Of a stretch of DNA of 64,000 nt, positions 23,062-33,155 are shown one piece after another. The DNA is from Candidatus Moanibacter sp. (GTDB taxonomy: Bacteria; Verrucomicrobiota; Verrucomicrobiia; Opitutales; UBA2987): contig CBDCEW010000103.1 in NCBI GenBank assembly GCA_965215885.1, positions 96,001-160,000 of the forward strand, read 5' to 3'. Below the pieces are notes generated by a model, which had not been told where the DNA came from, did no database searches, and saw only the letters and a list, made by a program, of their open reading frames with translations. The position numbers and the translations under genes were made by a program. Positions within the stretch are counted from its first letter, which is position 1; every line of letters begins with the position of its first letter.

Positions 23062-24380
23062 CAGTACTGTCCGGTTATAAGTCAAACAACTCCAACTGTT
23101 TAGGAATGCGGTGTTCATTGAAAGTGTAATCGGTTTCTGTAAGTAGTTCAGTCATAGGAGTTTTCTCAAATAGGGTGAAGCTGAGAATCTGTAGGATTTT
23201 GTGCAAACTGATCTCCAGGCGAAGGCGTTTGCGGATGATGGCGATGAGCACATAGACGCTGACGGCAATCCAGATTTGAGTCTTCACAGCATTCTCGGAG
23301 GTGCCGAAAAAGCTCTTGATGCGCAAGTGCTGTTTGATCCATTTGAAGAACAATTCGATCTGCCAGCGTAAACGGTAAATCTGGGTGATGATTATGGCTG
23401 GGAGGGCAAACTGGTTGGTGAGAAACACGAAGCGCTCGGAACTGTCGGGGTCGAGGTAAGTGATACGCCGGAGTCTTTCGGGGTAGGCCTTGGCAGGATA
23501 GAAGCTGACCAGGGCAACGGTCTGGTCCGAACGCAGACCGGTTGATTTGTCGACCTTTTGAGAGTAGAGGCGGCGAAACTGAAAGCCGCGGCGGGCGCGT
23601 GTGACGAAGAAAGAACCGCATTGTGCGATCCGATAGAGGCGCTCGTAATGCAGATAGGCTCGGTCCATTACATAGTAAGCACCGGCCTCGGGGATGATGA
23701 GATCCAGAATGTTTACGTCGTGAACTTTTCCATCGGTAATCTCGATAAAATAAGGGATAGAGCCTCTGAGATCGAGAAGCGTATGGACCTTCACCGCCCC
23801 CTTGTGCTTGCGGAAACGTGCCCACGGGAAGAGTGATAGACATAGATCGATCGTGGTGGAGTCCAGAGCGTAGAGCGTATTGTCCAGGTCGATGCCCAGA
23901 TCCTCGTTTGAATACAAAGGACGAGCCATTGCGATGAGGACCTGTGCAAAGTCGGCGTAGATGCGCCAGTCTCGTTTCTCGTTGGCATCGGCGAGCGTGC
24001 TTTTGGATACTCCGCTTCGAATCCCTGCGTGGTATAGTTTTGGTTGTACTGCCCGCAGGCAGGTTTCGATGTCGCGCAGACTCTCCCGGTAGGTCAACTC
24101 GGCAAAACCCATGCAGAGAAATTGTTCGAAGCAACTGAACTTTTGAACTTTGTAGTCGCCTCCGTAGCGTTGGACGCAACGATGGAACTGATGGCGCGGA
24201 AGATAATCTATGATTTGAGAAAAAACGAATCGACCTGTATACATGATTTGGACCCTCGAAATTTTTGAGAGTCCACAAGGCTTTTTGCAATTTCAAGTCG
24301 AAAACAGCAGAAATCATATGTAAAATGTTGGTTATCAATCGATTAACCTGCGTTCCTAGAAAAACAACCGGACAGTAGTG
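23062..24380 (-). mobile_element. IS4-family element, copy 1 (1319 bp; transposase 23075..24244)
   Basis: TIRs CAGTACTGTCCGGTT / AACCGGACAGTAGTG, 9-bp TSD ATGCAAAAT, and DSTT..MDRAY..YxxRWQIELFFK. Confidence 0.96.
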
Positions 24381-24398
24381 ATGCAAAATATGTGCCAA
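24381..24398 (-). promoter_or_regulatory. Sigma-54 (-24/-12) promoter TTGGCACATATTTTGCAT, originally upstream of mcsA
   Basis: Exact match to TGGCAC-N5-TTGCA with GG-N10-GC spacing. Confidence 0.78.
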
Positions 24399-24504
24399 AT
24401 CTCTCCGGAAGCGTCCGCAATTCTCATTTTCGCCCCAAGCCTAAGAATCGCTGGTAGGGAGCTTTTCGTCGGGTTGATTCATTAATCGGCGATATTTTCC
24501 AAAG

Positions 24505-25371
24505 CTAAAGCAATGTTCCCTCACCCGCAACTTTACCTCGAAATCTTTCCATAAACTGCTCGGTTACGGACCCCGGTTTACCTGTGCCGATTATCCGGCT
24601 GTCGACTTCCGTTACCGGTATCACCTCCGCGGCGGTCCCCGTTAAGAAGCATTCTTCAGCGACCCATAAATCATAGCGGGTCAGATCTGCCTCCTTCAAA
24701 GGGATGTCGATCTCCCTGGCGATGTCGATTGCAACCTGCCGCGTGATTCCTCTGAGGGCGCCGGCATTCGTAGGTGGAGTAATGATCGACCCCTTATGTA
24801 CGATGAATACATTGTCTCCCGTACACTCCGAGACGAAGCCCTGGTCATTGAGCATTATCGCTTCCATATACCCGCTGTTAACGGCCTCAAGTTTCGCCAT
24901 GATGTTGTTGAGGTAATTTAGAGACTTGATCATCGGTGGAAGCGCAGCCGGATTCGTTCTTCGCGAAGCAACCGTGATAATCTTGAGCCCTTCACTATAG
25001 TATTCCTCAGGGTACAGCTGAATCTTGTCGGCGATCACTATCAGCGCAGGGTCTTTGCACAGTTTAGGGTTTAAACCCAGCGTCCCGCACCCCCGTGTTA
25101 CCAATAATCGGATATAGCCGTCCTTCAGCTCGTTTGCACGGCATGTATCACATACGGCCTCCGAGATCTCCTCCCGGGACCATGGCAGATTCAGCATTAT
25201 CGCTTTCGCTGAATATTCCAGGCGCTCGAGGTGTTCCCCCAGTTTAAAGACGCATCCCTCATAGAGACGAATGCCTTCAAACACTCCATCTCCATACAAA
25301 AGGCCATGGTCGAATACCGATATCTTCGCATCGGCTTTTTCTACCATCTCTCCTCTCAGATATACCTTCAT
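24505..25371 (-). CDS. ilvE: Branched-chain amino acid aminotransferase
   Basis: DHGLLYGDGVFEG, KSLNYLNN, ECTGDN, GITR, FLTGTAAEV. Confidence 0.96.
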   Translation of the reverse strand: MKVYLRGEMVEKADAKISVFDHGLLYGDGVFEGIRLYEGCVFKLGEHLERLEYSAKAIMLNLPWSREEISEAVCDTCRANELKDGYIRLLVTRGCGTLGLNPKLCKDPALIVIADKIQLYPEEYYSEGLKIITVASRRTNPAALPPMIKSLNYLNNIMAKLEAVNSGYMEAIMLNDQGFVSECTGDNVFIVHKGSIITPPTNAGALRGITRQVAIDIAREIDIPLKEADLTRYDLWVAEECFLTGTAAEVIPVTEVDSRIIGTGKPGSVTEQFMERFRGKVAGEGTLL

Positions 25372-25432
25372 TGAATGTCCTGTCTCAGTCCACTCGACCA
25401 TTCAGTGTCGTGATTCATATATAACATCGCAC

Positions 25433-26751
25433 CAGTACTGTCCGGTTATAAGTCAAACAACTCCAACTGTTTAGGAATGCGGTGTTCATTGAAAGTGTAA
25501 TCGGTTTCTGTAAGTAGTTCAGTCATAGGAGTTTTCTCAAATAGGGTGAAGCTGAGAATCTGTAGGATTTTGTGCAAACTGATCTCCAGGCGAAGGCGTT
25601 TGCGGATGATGGCGATGAGCACATAGACGCTGACGGCAATCCAGATTTGAGTCTTCACAGCATTCTCGGAGGTGCCGAAAAAGCTCTTGATGCGCAAGTG
25701 CTGTTTGATCCATTTGAAGAACAATTCGATCTGCCAGCGTAAACGGTAAATCTGGGTGATGATTATGGCTGGGAGGGCAAACTGGTTGGTGAGAAACACG
25801 AAGCGCTCGGAACTGTCGGGGTCGAGGTAAGTGATACGCCGGAGTCTTTCGGGGTAGGCCTTGGCAGGATAGAAGCTGACCAGGGCAACGGTCTGGTCCG
25901 AACGCAGACCGGTTGATTTGTCGACCTTTTGAGAGTAGAGGCGGCGAAACTGAAAGCCGCGGCGGGCGCGTGTGACGAAGAAAGAACCGCATTGTGCGAT
26001 CCGATAGAGGCGCTCGTAATGCAGATAGGCTCGGTCCATTACATAGTAAGCACCGGCCTCGGGGATGATGAGATCCAGAATGTTTACGTCGTGAACTTTT
26101 CCATCGGTAATCTCGATAAAATAAGGGATAGAGCCTCTGAGATCGAGAAGCGTATGGACCTTCACCGCCCCCTTGTGCTTGCGGAAACGTGCCCACGGGA
26201 AGAGTGATAGACATAGATCGATCGTGGTGGAGTCCAGAGCGTAGAGCGTATTGTCCAGGTCGATGCCCAGATCCTCGTTTGAATACAAAGGACGAGCCAT
26301 TGCGATGAGGACCTGTGCAAAGTCGGCGTAGATGCGCCAGTCGCGTTTCTCGTTGGCATCGGCGAGCGTGCTTTTGGATACTCCGCTTCGAATCCCTGCG
26401 TGGTATAGTTTTGGTTGTACTGCCCGCAGGCAGGTTTCGGTGTCGCGCAGACTCTCCCGGTAGGTCAACTCGGCAAAACCCATGCAGAGAAATTGTTCGA
26501 AGCAACTGAACTTTTGAACTTTGTAGGCGCCTCCGTAGCGTTGGACGCAACGATGGAACTGATGGCGCGGAAGATAATCTATGATTTGAGAAAAAACGAA
26601 TCGACCTGTATACATGATTTGGACCCTCGAAATTTTTCAGAGTCCACAAGGCTTTTTGCAATTTCAAGTCGAAAACAGCAGAAATCATATGTAAAATGTT
26701 GGTTATCAATCGATTAACCTGCGTTCCTAGAAAAACAACCGGACAGTAGTG
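25433..26751 (-). mobile_element. IS4-family element, copy 2 (transposase 25446..26615)
   Basis: Same TIRs as copy 1; 9-bp TSD ACATCGCAC. Confidence 0.96.
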
Positions 26752-27157
26752 ACATCGCACAGGTGAAAGCGCCATTAGTTGCATCGCCGACTCTATCCGA
26801 TGATCATGCGATTGAAAGTAAGAAATCAATCCCCACTTCCCCATTCGTTGCCCTTCATTCATTCGTTGCTCACTCTCCCCTTCCACCGACCACCCCTCTT
26901 CCAATCTGCCACTCCCTCTCTTTAATGAATCCGTAAGTGGCTCCTCTCTACTACTAACTCGAAAAGGTTTATTTTCTTACGAAGAAATTTCTTAACCGCG
27001 TACAGAACCCGTTGATGTTCAAGAAATATGGTTCTGTTCCTTCAAAGTGAAAGTCTCGCTAAGAAAATCTCAACGGAACATCCCGCTGAGCGGGACCGTA
27101 CGGCAGACTCTACGAGATTGCACGTTGAACAAATCCACGGTTTTCTCGAATCCGTGG

Positions 27158-27997
27158 TCAATTCTTCTTTATTCGCGTCCATTCGCGTTCATCTGCGGTT
27201 CCCCTCTTTTCCTCATTTTGGTTGCGGCTTCGCTGCGCTAAGAAATCCGTGATTACTCTCTTCTCCCGATACCTCAAGATCAACCAGAACAGGCGCTGTG
27301 CCTTCCAGTAACGCGGAATGAATTTGAACGGTTCCGCCAAACACCGCGCCAGCCAACCCAGGATCATCCGATCCATCCAGGGTGAAATAGGAGCCTGTCG
27401 CCCACTCAAGAAGGCAATCGCCGCTCCCGTACAAATAATAGCCGGATTGTATTCGAGGCGCTTCTTCAGATAATACCCCAATTTTTCCTGCACGCCGCCC
27501 CCTATGTTTACCAGAATGTAACGCGACTTCTGCTCTATCAGACGCTCCACCAAGTCCTCGTCCTCCACCTCATCCTTGGAGTAAATCGGGGCGACATAGC
27601 GACTCTCCTCCCCCACCATGATTCCCTTTTTCTCCAACCATTGTCGGTTCGCGAGGTCATCCTCCACACTCGGCATGATCCAAAAGGTTTCGCCACCCCC
27701 CTTAAACATCGCGTCTTCGATGAGTTGACTCAAGAAACGCAATCCCGACAGCCGCTCCAGCTTCTCCCCTCTAATCAGCCGCCAGCACAACACCATGAAT
27801 CCACTGTCCGTCAACGCCAGATCACATTTCTCCACCGCTTCCTGATACACTCGATCTCGCGGCAAATCCGCCAGTCCCGGACCCGATGGCACCAGCACCA
27901 ACCCCCCTTGGTGTACGCGTGCCACCGCCTCTTCCACACTCCCGGTAAAAAAGCGTATCCCAAGAATCGTCCTGAACGGTTCCTCCTTCACCCCCAA
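27158..27997 (-). CDS. WecB/TagA/CpsF-family glycosyltransferase
   Basis: ALTDSGFMV, RLSGL, IGGGVQEKLG, CTGAAIAFLSG, WLARCLAEP. Confidence 0.88.
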   Translation of the reverse strand: MGVKEEPFRTILGIRFFTGSVEEAVARVHQGGLVLVPSGPGLADLPRDRVYQEAVEKCDLALTDSGFMVLCWRLIRGEKLERLSGLRFLSQLIEDAMFKGGGETFWIMPSVEDDLANRQWLEKKGIMVGEESRYVAPIYSKDEVEDEDLVERLIEQKSRYILVNIGGGVQEKLGYYLKKRLEYNPAIICTGAAIAFLSGRQAPISPWMDRMILGWLARCLAEPFKFIPRYWKAQRLFWLILRYREKRVITDFLAQRSRNQNEEKRGTADEREWTRIKKN

Positions 27998-28052
27998 AGT
28001 ATCTCACTCCGGAATCCCCAGTATTGCCAACTCTTTTCTCCCTCGTGCCTAG

Positions 28053-28235
28053 CCCGGACATTTCACACACATCGTAGCGAGAATGCGTAGCTTGTTGCGG
28101 ATCAAGGCCTTTTCGCAGTCCGGCGGGCGATCCCGGCGTGCCGGGATTGGAACCCTCTGAGGTCGCCGGGCAAGGGAAGGGTTGGAGGCGCAGTGAGATT
28201 CGCAGTCGCAGCAGATGGTTTGTGAATTGTTCGGG
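28053..28235 (+). mobile_element. ~174-bp MITE, copy 4 (carries a 16-bp hairpin substitution)
   Basis: Homologous to the other copies; flanks CTAG/CCAG. Confidence 0.85.
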
Positions 28236-28458
28236 CCAGGTGTTTATTTTTGCAGAACTACCTGGATAAGTCGTCCAACATCCAACATAATGTCGCCGGA
28301 ATCTTAAGCCGTTCAAATACGGTTTTGGCTGCTTCAGAGGCAAAACTCATAGGGGAAATGAAAAAAATTCGCGAAAATCAGGCGAATTTTCTTCAAAATT
28401 GACTCGTAAGCCTTTGAGATTTGGAAAATTATGAGAAGCCTATATATCGTACCATAGT

Positions 28459-29010
28459 AAAGATCCTCGGGGCAAGCCCCGAGGCATTTTCAAAATAATC
28501 CCAACTCCAACTGCCCTTTATGCAATCGCTGGTAATTTGCCTCCTCACCTTGATTCGCGATATAGGCCGCGATCACGCTCTCGCTGCTGTGTTGCCCCAC
28601 CGTGTTTACGAAGTACCCTTTTCCCCAGAACTCTCCGCCCCACAGTTGCTTCTTCACCTCCGGTGCTTTCGCAAACACTTCGCGCGCAGTTACACTCTTC
28701 ACCGTCGTAACGATCCTCGTCGGACTGTAAGCCGGCACCGACTGGATCAGAAAGTGTGCATGGTCTCGATCTAATCCTATTTCCAAGAAGACAATCTCCC
28801 AGCGCTTTTCAATCTCGATGCAGGCTGCCCTCAGAACCTCGTCCACACGCTCACTCATCACAACTCGACGATACTTCGCTGCGCACACCAGATGATACAT
28901 CAGCACCGATACATTGTGACTTTTGTGGATGTAACGACTTCCCATCCCCTATCATCATATACCACTAAAGCCGAAGCAAGCTTCGGGGAATTGAACCCAG
29001 CGAGATTAAA
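28459..29010 (-). mobile_element. IS200/IS605-family element (tnpA only)
   Basis: Subterminal hairpins CCTCGGGGCAAGCCCCGAGG and CCGAAGCAAGCTTCGG. The boundaries are approximate. Confidence 0.85.
28490..28945 (-). CDS. tnpA: IS200/IS605 Y1 (HUH) transposase
   Basis: YHLVCAAKYRR, DHAHFL (HUH motif), FWGKGYFVNTVG, YIANQ. Confidence 0.95.
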   Translation of the reverse strand: MGSRYIHKSHNVSVLMYHLVCAAKYRRVVMSERVDEVLRAACIEIEKRWEIVFLEIGLDRDHAHFLIQSVPAYSPTRIVTTVKSVTAREVFAKAPEVKKQLWGGEFWGKGYFVNTVGQHSSESVIAAYIANQGEEANYQRLHKGQLELGLF

Positions 29011-29088
29011 ATCGATAGCGATCACACGACTTACCACCACACCTTGCCTTCATCGCAATAGAGGATAAATCGTGAAGAGAAAGACTCA

Positions 29089-32000
29089 GTGAATTTCCTC
29101 AATCTCATTCTAAGAACAGCCACCGTAACCGCTTTAGTTTCGGCTAGCGCCTCTCTTTATGGCCAGGTTTTCACCTGGAATCTCGTTGGTGACGGAACCT
29201 GGGGCACGGCCGGTAACTGGACACCCGCTGGCGGTCCTCCCAACGCCCAAGGCGATACTGCCAATTTCGGTACTATCATCACCGGCAACCGTACCATCAC
29301 GGTCAATTTAAACGTCACAGTCGGCCAGATGGATTTCTTTCACGATACCGCCAATAGAGAGTACAATATCGTTGGCGCCAACACGATCACGTTTGATGCG
29401 TTGGCCGGAAACGCCACCCTCACCGTAAACATGCAGGACAAAAGTAGAATTGACGCCCCTGTTGTCCTCACCGACGACCTCGATTTCACAAACGCCAATA
29501 CGCAGGATTTCCGATTACAGGGCAACATATCAGGCGTTGGCAAAGGTATAAATCTGAAAGGGGGCCGTCTGACCTTCGAGGGCGGAGGCACCAGTTCCTA
29601 TACTGGGGATACAATAGTAGAAGCCGGCCAACTGCACTTAGACCGCTCGAGTTTCGATGGAGGCATTGCCGGGGACCTTGAGATTGGCAACGATGCCGGA
29701 GCCCAGGGCAGTGCCCTTGTCGATTATGCAAATGCCAACGACCAGATTTCCAATACATCGGCTGTCACGATCTTCTCCGATGGTAGACTCGACCTGACCG
29801 GTGAGAATGATCGGATCGGGTCTCTCGCCACCTCGGGAGCCACTCCACAAAATGCCCAGGTCTTTCTGGGCGGAGGTACCCTCACCGCAGGTGATGCCTC
29901 AAACACGACCTTCGCAGGAGTCATCTCTGAAACGGGCAAAATCGTAAAAGAGGGCAACGGAACCTTAATCCTGACAGGCAACAATACCTACTCGCCCACC
30001 ACCACGATCAACAACGGCATCCTCCAGATCGAGAACAATGGCGCTCTCGGCGGAACCGGCGGCGGCGACACTGTGGTCAACAGTGGCGGCACCCTCGCCA
30101 TGGCAGGCGGCATTACGACACCTACGGCCGAGTTTATCGACATCGCCGGAACGGGAGAAGGCGGGATCGGAGCGATCAGCAACACCTCGGGCTCGAACTC
30201 CTGGCGCGGCGACGTCGATCTCACCGGGAATGCCACCATCGGCGCCCAGGCCGGTACCCTCACCTTCACGAACGATAACCCCGTTGACCTGAACAGCTTT
30301 GACCTCACCCTGAAACCCGGCAGCGGAGCCTCTCTCGTCTTTGAGGGAGTCATTTTCGACGCTCCCGATTCATCCAACCTTTTCAAGGAAGGGCAGGGAC
30401 TTACCGTGTTTAAGGCTTCCAACACTTACGATGCTCTCACTACGGTTAAAGCGGGCACTCTTCAAATCGAAAACAATCTCGCTTTAGGCGCCTTCGGTGC
30501 CGGCGAAGGAACTGTCGTAGAATCCGGTGCCACCCTCGCCCTGGCAGGCGGGATCAATACACCTGACCCTGAGCTTCTCGATTTGAGCGGCACGGGAGAC
30601 ACCGGGAAAGCCGCGCTCTGGAGCCAGAGCGGAAGCAATGAGTGGGATGGCAACATCACTTTGAGCGGAACGGGCGCATCTTTCGGCGCCAATGCCGCCA
30701 GCACCTTAACTGTCGACGGTATCATTTCTGGAGGCGCGGCACAAACCGTGACCATTGAAGGTAGCGTCGTCGTTGAGTGGGCCGACCCGATGACCTACAC
30801 AGGGGCCACCAATATAACCAGTGGCACCCTGCGTTACGTGCAAACTCCAGATCAGATATCGGATTCCAGCGCGGTTACGGTTTCCGCGGGAGCGACTTAC
30901 GACCTTAACAATCTCAGTGATACGATCGGTTCCCTCGCCGGCGCCGGTAATGTCACCCTCGGCATCGCCACGCTCACAACGGGAGCGGACGATACATCTA
31001 CAACATTCAGCGGTATTATCAGCGAAACCGGAAACCTGGTCAAAGTCGGCAACGGAACCTTTACGCTAAACAACAACAATACCTACACCGGCACAACCAC
31101 GATCAACAACGGCATCCTCCAGATCGAGAACAATGACGCCCTCGGCACCGGCTTCTCGTTCGTTAACAGTGGCGGCACCCTCGCCCTGGCAGGCGGCATT
31201 ACGACACCTACGGGCGATTTCATCGACATCGCCGGAACGGGAGAAGGCGGGATCGGAGCGATCAGCAACACCTCGGGCTCCAACACCTGGCGCGGCGACG
31301 TCGACCTCGCCGCCAATGCCACCATCGGCGCCCAGTCCGGCTCCCTCACCTTCACGAGCGATGACGACGTTGACCTGAGGGGCTTTGACCTCACCCTGAA
31401 AGCAAGCAGCGGGACTTCTCTCGTCTTTGAGGGAGTCATTTTCGACGTTCCCAATTCTTCCAACCTTTTCAAAGAAGGGCTGGGACTTGCAGTGTTTAAG
31501 GCTGCCAACATTTTCGATGCATTGACAACGGTTAAAGTGGGCACTCTTCAAATCGAAAATGACACCGCTTTAGGCGCCACAGGGGTCGGAAAAGGAACTG
31601 TCGTAGAATCCGGTGCCACCCTCGCCCTGGCAGGCGGGATCAATACACCAGACCTTGAGCTTCTCGATTTGAGCGGCACGGGAGACACCGGGAAAGCCGC
31701 GCTCTGGAGCCAGAGCGGAAGCAATGAGTGGGATGGCAACATCACTTTGAGCGGAACGGGCGCATCTTTCGGCGCCAATGCCGCCAGCACCTTAACTGTC
31801 GACGGAATCATTTCTGGAGGCGCGGCACAAACCGTGACCATTGAGGGTAGCGGCGTCGTGGAGTTGGCCGACCCGATGACCTACACAGGGGATACTAATA
31901 TAACCAGCGGCACCCTGCGTTACGTGCAAACTCCAGATCAGATATCGGATTCCAGCGCGGTTACGGTTTCTTCGGGAGCGACTTACGACCTTAACAATCT

Positions 32001-32703
32001 CAGTGATTCGATCGGTTCCCTTGCCGGCGCCGGCAGTGTTACCCTCGGCACCGCCACGCTTACAGCGGGTGGAGACAATACATCCACAACATTCAGCGGT
32101 ATTGTCAGCGAAACCGGAAATCTGGTCAAAGAGGGCACCGGAACCTTAACCCTGAGCAACGCTAACACGTATTCCGGCACAACCACGATCACCGGCGGCA
32201 CTCTGGAATTGAACAACGGTTCCGGCGAATCGATCGACAACAGCTCCCAGATCAATCTGACCGGCGGTACTCTCCTCCTCGCCGCCAGTGATCAGATCGA
32301 TGACGCCACCAATATGAATCTCAATGGCGGCACTTTCAGTACCGCCGGTTTCGACGAATCTCTCGCCTCCCTTACCCTCAGCGCCGATTCTACAATCGAT
32401 GTCGGCGCCGGCGGAAGCATCATCAATTATACCAGCGGGACTTACAGCGCAGGCCAGCTCACAATCGATAGCTGGGCCGGTTCTGGCGGCGGCGGCGGTT
32501 CCGATCAGATTATCTTTGGCAACAGTCTCAGCCAGACTTTTCTGGACAGCGTGGTCTGGACCGACCAGGGCATAACCGGCGCCTTTCAACTTCCCTCCGG
32601 CGAAATCGTCCCCATTCCCGAACCAGCCACTATCTTCAGCGGAGCCCTTCTTATCGGTCTCATCGGCATCGACTTCTACCGCCGCAGGAAGTCGACGGGA
32701 TAA
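29089..32703 (+). CDS. Large PEP-CTERM surface protein with autotransporter-associated beta-strand repeats
   Basis: Signal peptide, repeated LxKxGxGTLxLxxxNTYxGxTxI motifs and C-terminal IPEPATIFSGALLIGLIGIDFYRRRK. Confidence 0.92.
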   Translation: MNFLNLILRTATVTALVSASASLYGQVFTWNLVGDGTWGTAGNWTPAGGPPNAQGDTANFGTIITGNRTITVNLNVTVGQMDFFHDTANREYNIVGANTITFDALAGNATLTVNMQDKSRIDAPVVLTDDLDFTNANTQDFRLQGNISGVGKGINLKGGRLTFEGGGTSSYTGDTIVEAGQLHLDRSSFDGGIAGDLEIGNDAGAQGSALVDYANANDQISNTSAVTIFSDGRLDLTGENDRIGSLATSGATPQNAQVFLGGGTLTAGDASNTTFAGVISETGKIVKEGNGTLILTGNNTYSPTTTINNGILQIENNGALGGTGGGDTVVNSGGTLAMAGGITTPTAEFIDIAGTGEGGIGAISNTSGSNSWRGDVDLTGNATIGAQAGTLTFTNDNPVDLNSFDLTLKPGSGASLVFEGVIFDAPDSSNLFKEGQGLTVFKASNTYDALTTVKAGTLQIENNLALGAFGAGEGTVVESGATLALAGGINTPDPELLDLSGTGDTGKAALWSQSGSNEWDGNITLSGTGASFGANAASTLTVDGIISGGAAQTVTIEGSVVVEWADPMTYTGATNITSGTLRYVQTPDQISDSSAVTVSAGATYDLNNLSDTIGSLAGAGNVTLGIATLTTGADDTSTTFSGIISETGNLVKVGNGTFTLNNNNTYTGTTTINNGILQIENNDALGTGFSFVNSGGTLALAGGITTPTGDFIDIAGTGEGGIGAISNTSGSNTWRGDVDLAANATIGAQSGSLTFTSDDDVDLRGFDLTLKASSGTSLVFEGVIFDVPNSSNLFKEGLGLAVFKAANIFDALTTVKVGTLQIENDTALGATGVGKGTVVESGATLALAGGINTPDLELLDLSGTGDTGKAALWSQSGSNEWDGNITLSGTGASFGANAASTLTVDGIISGGAAQTVTIEGSGVVELADPMTYTGDTNITSGTLRYVQTPDQISDSSAVTVSSGATYDLNNLSDSIGSLAGAGSVTLGTATLTAGGDNTSTTFSGIVSETGNLVKEGTGTLTLSNANTYSGTTTITGGTLELNNGSGESIDNSSQINLTGGTLLLAASDQIDDATNMNLNGGTFSTAGFDESLASLTLSADSTIDVGAGGSIINYTSGTYSAGQLTIDSWAGSGGGGGSDQIIFGNSLSQTFLDSVVWTDQGITGAFQLPSGEIVPIPEPATIFSGALLIGLIGIDFYRRRKSTG

Positions 32704-33155
32704 TTTCTATAAATCGCCGTAGTCCCGGCGCGCCGGGAGGAGGATTTCGACGCAATCCCGCTTCCAAGCCTCCTCGCATGTACTCTTTCCCGCGTCCACG
32801 CTTCTCAGCACCCTCACTTCCCCCATCCTCCCCCTTGCATTGAGCCTTCATCAGCTTCCAAAAACCTCATCGGGAACCTCCCTCTCGAACCTTGTCGAAT
32901 AGGTAGAGACTAAATTCGAGAATTTAAACACGATTTCGAACGGGATTCAGCGAACCTCAATTTTTCGGCTCAATTGTAAAAATCTCACTAATTTCCAGCC
33001 AAAAATTTGTAAAACGATGAGTCTAAGCCTTTGTTATATAGACATTTATGAAAGTATTCTATAATTTGGTCGATAATATTCCGAGAACGCTGCTCGGAAT
33101 TCTCTCACAAAGACATGGATGCCTTTAACTTGTCGAGGGAAGCAAGCATTATTAA

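Noticed and set aside
28459..29010. TnpB/IscB RNA-guided nuclease system
   Set aside because: The element has room only for tnpA; there is no tnpB or omega-RNA-sized region.
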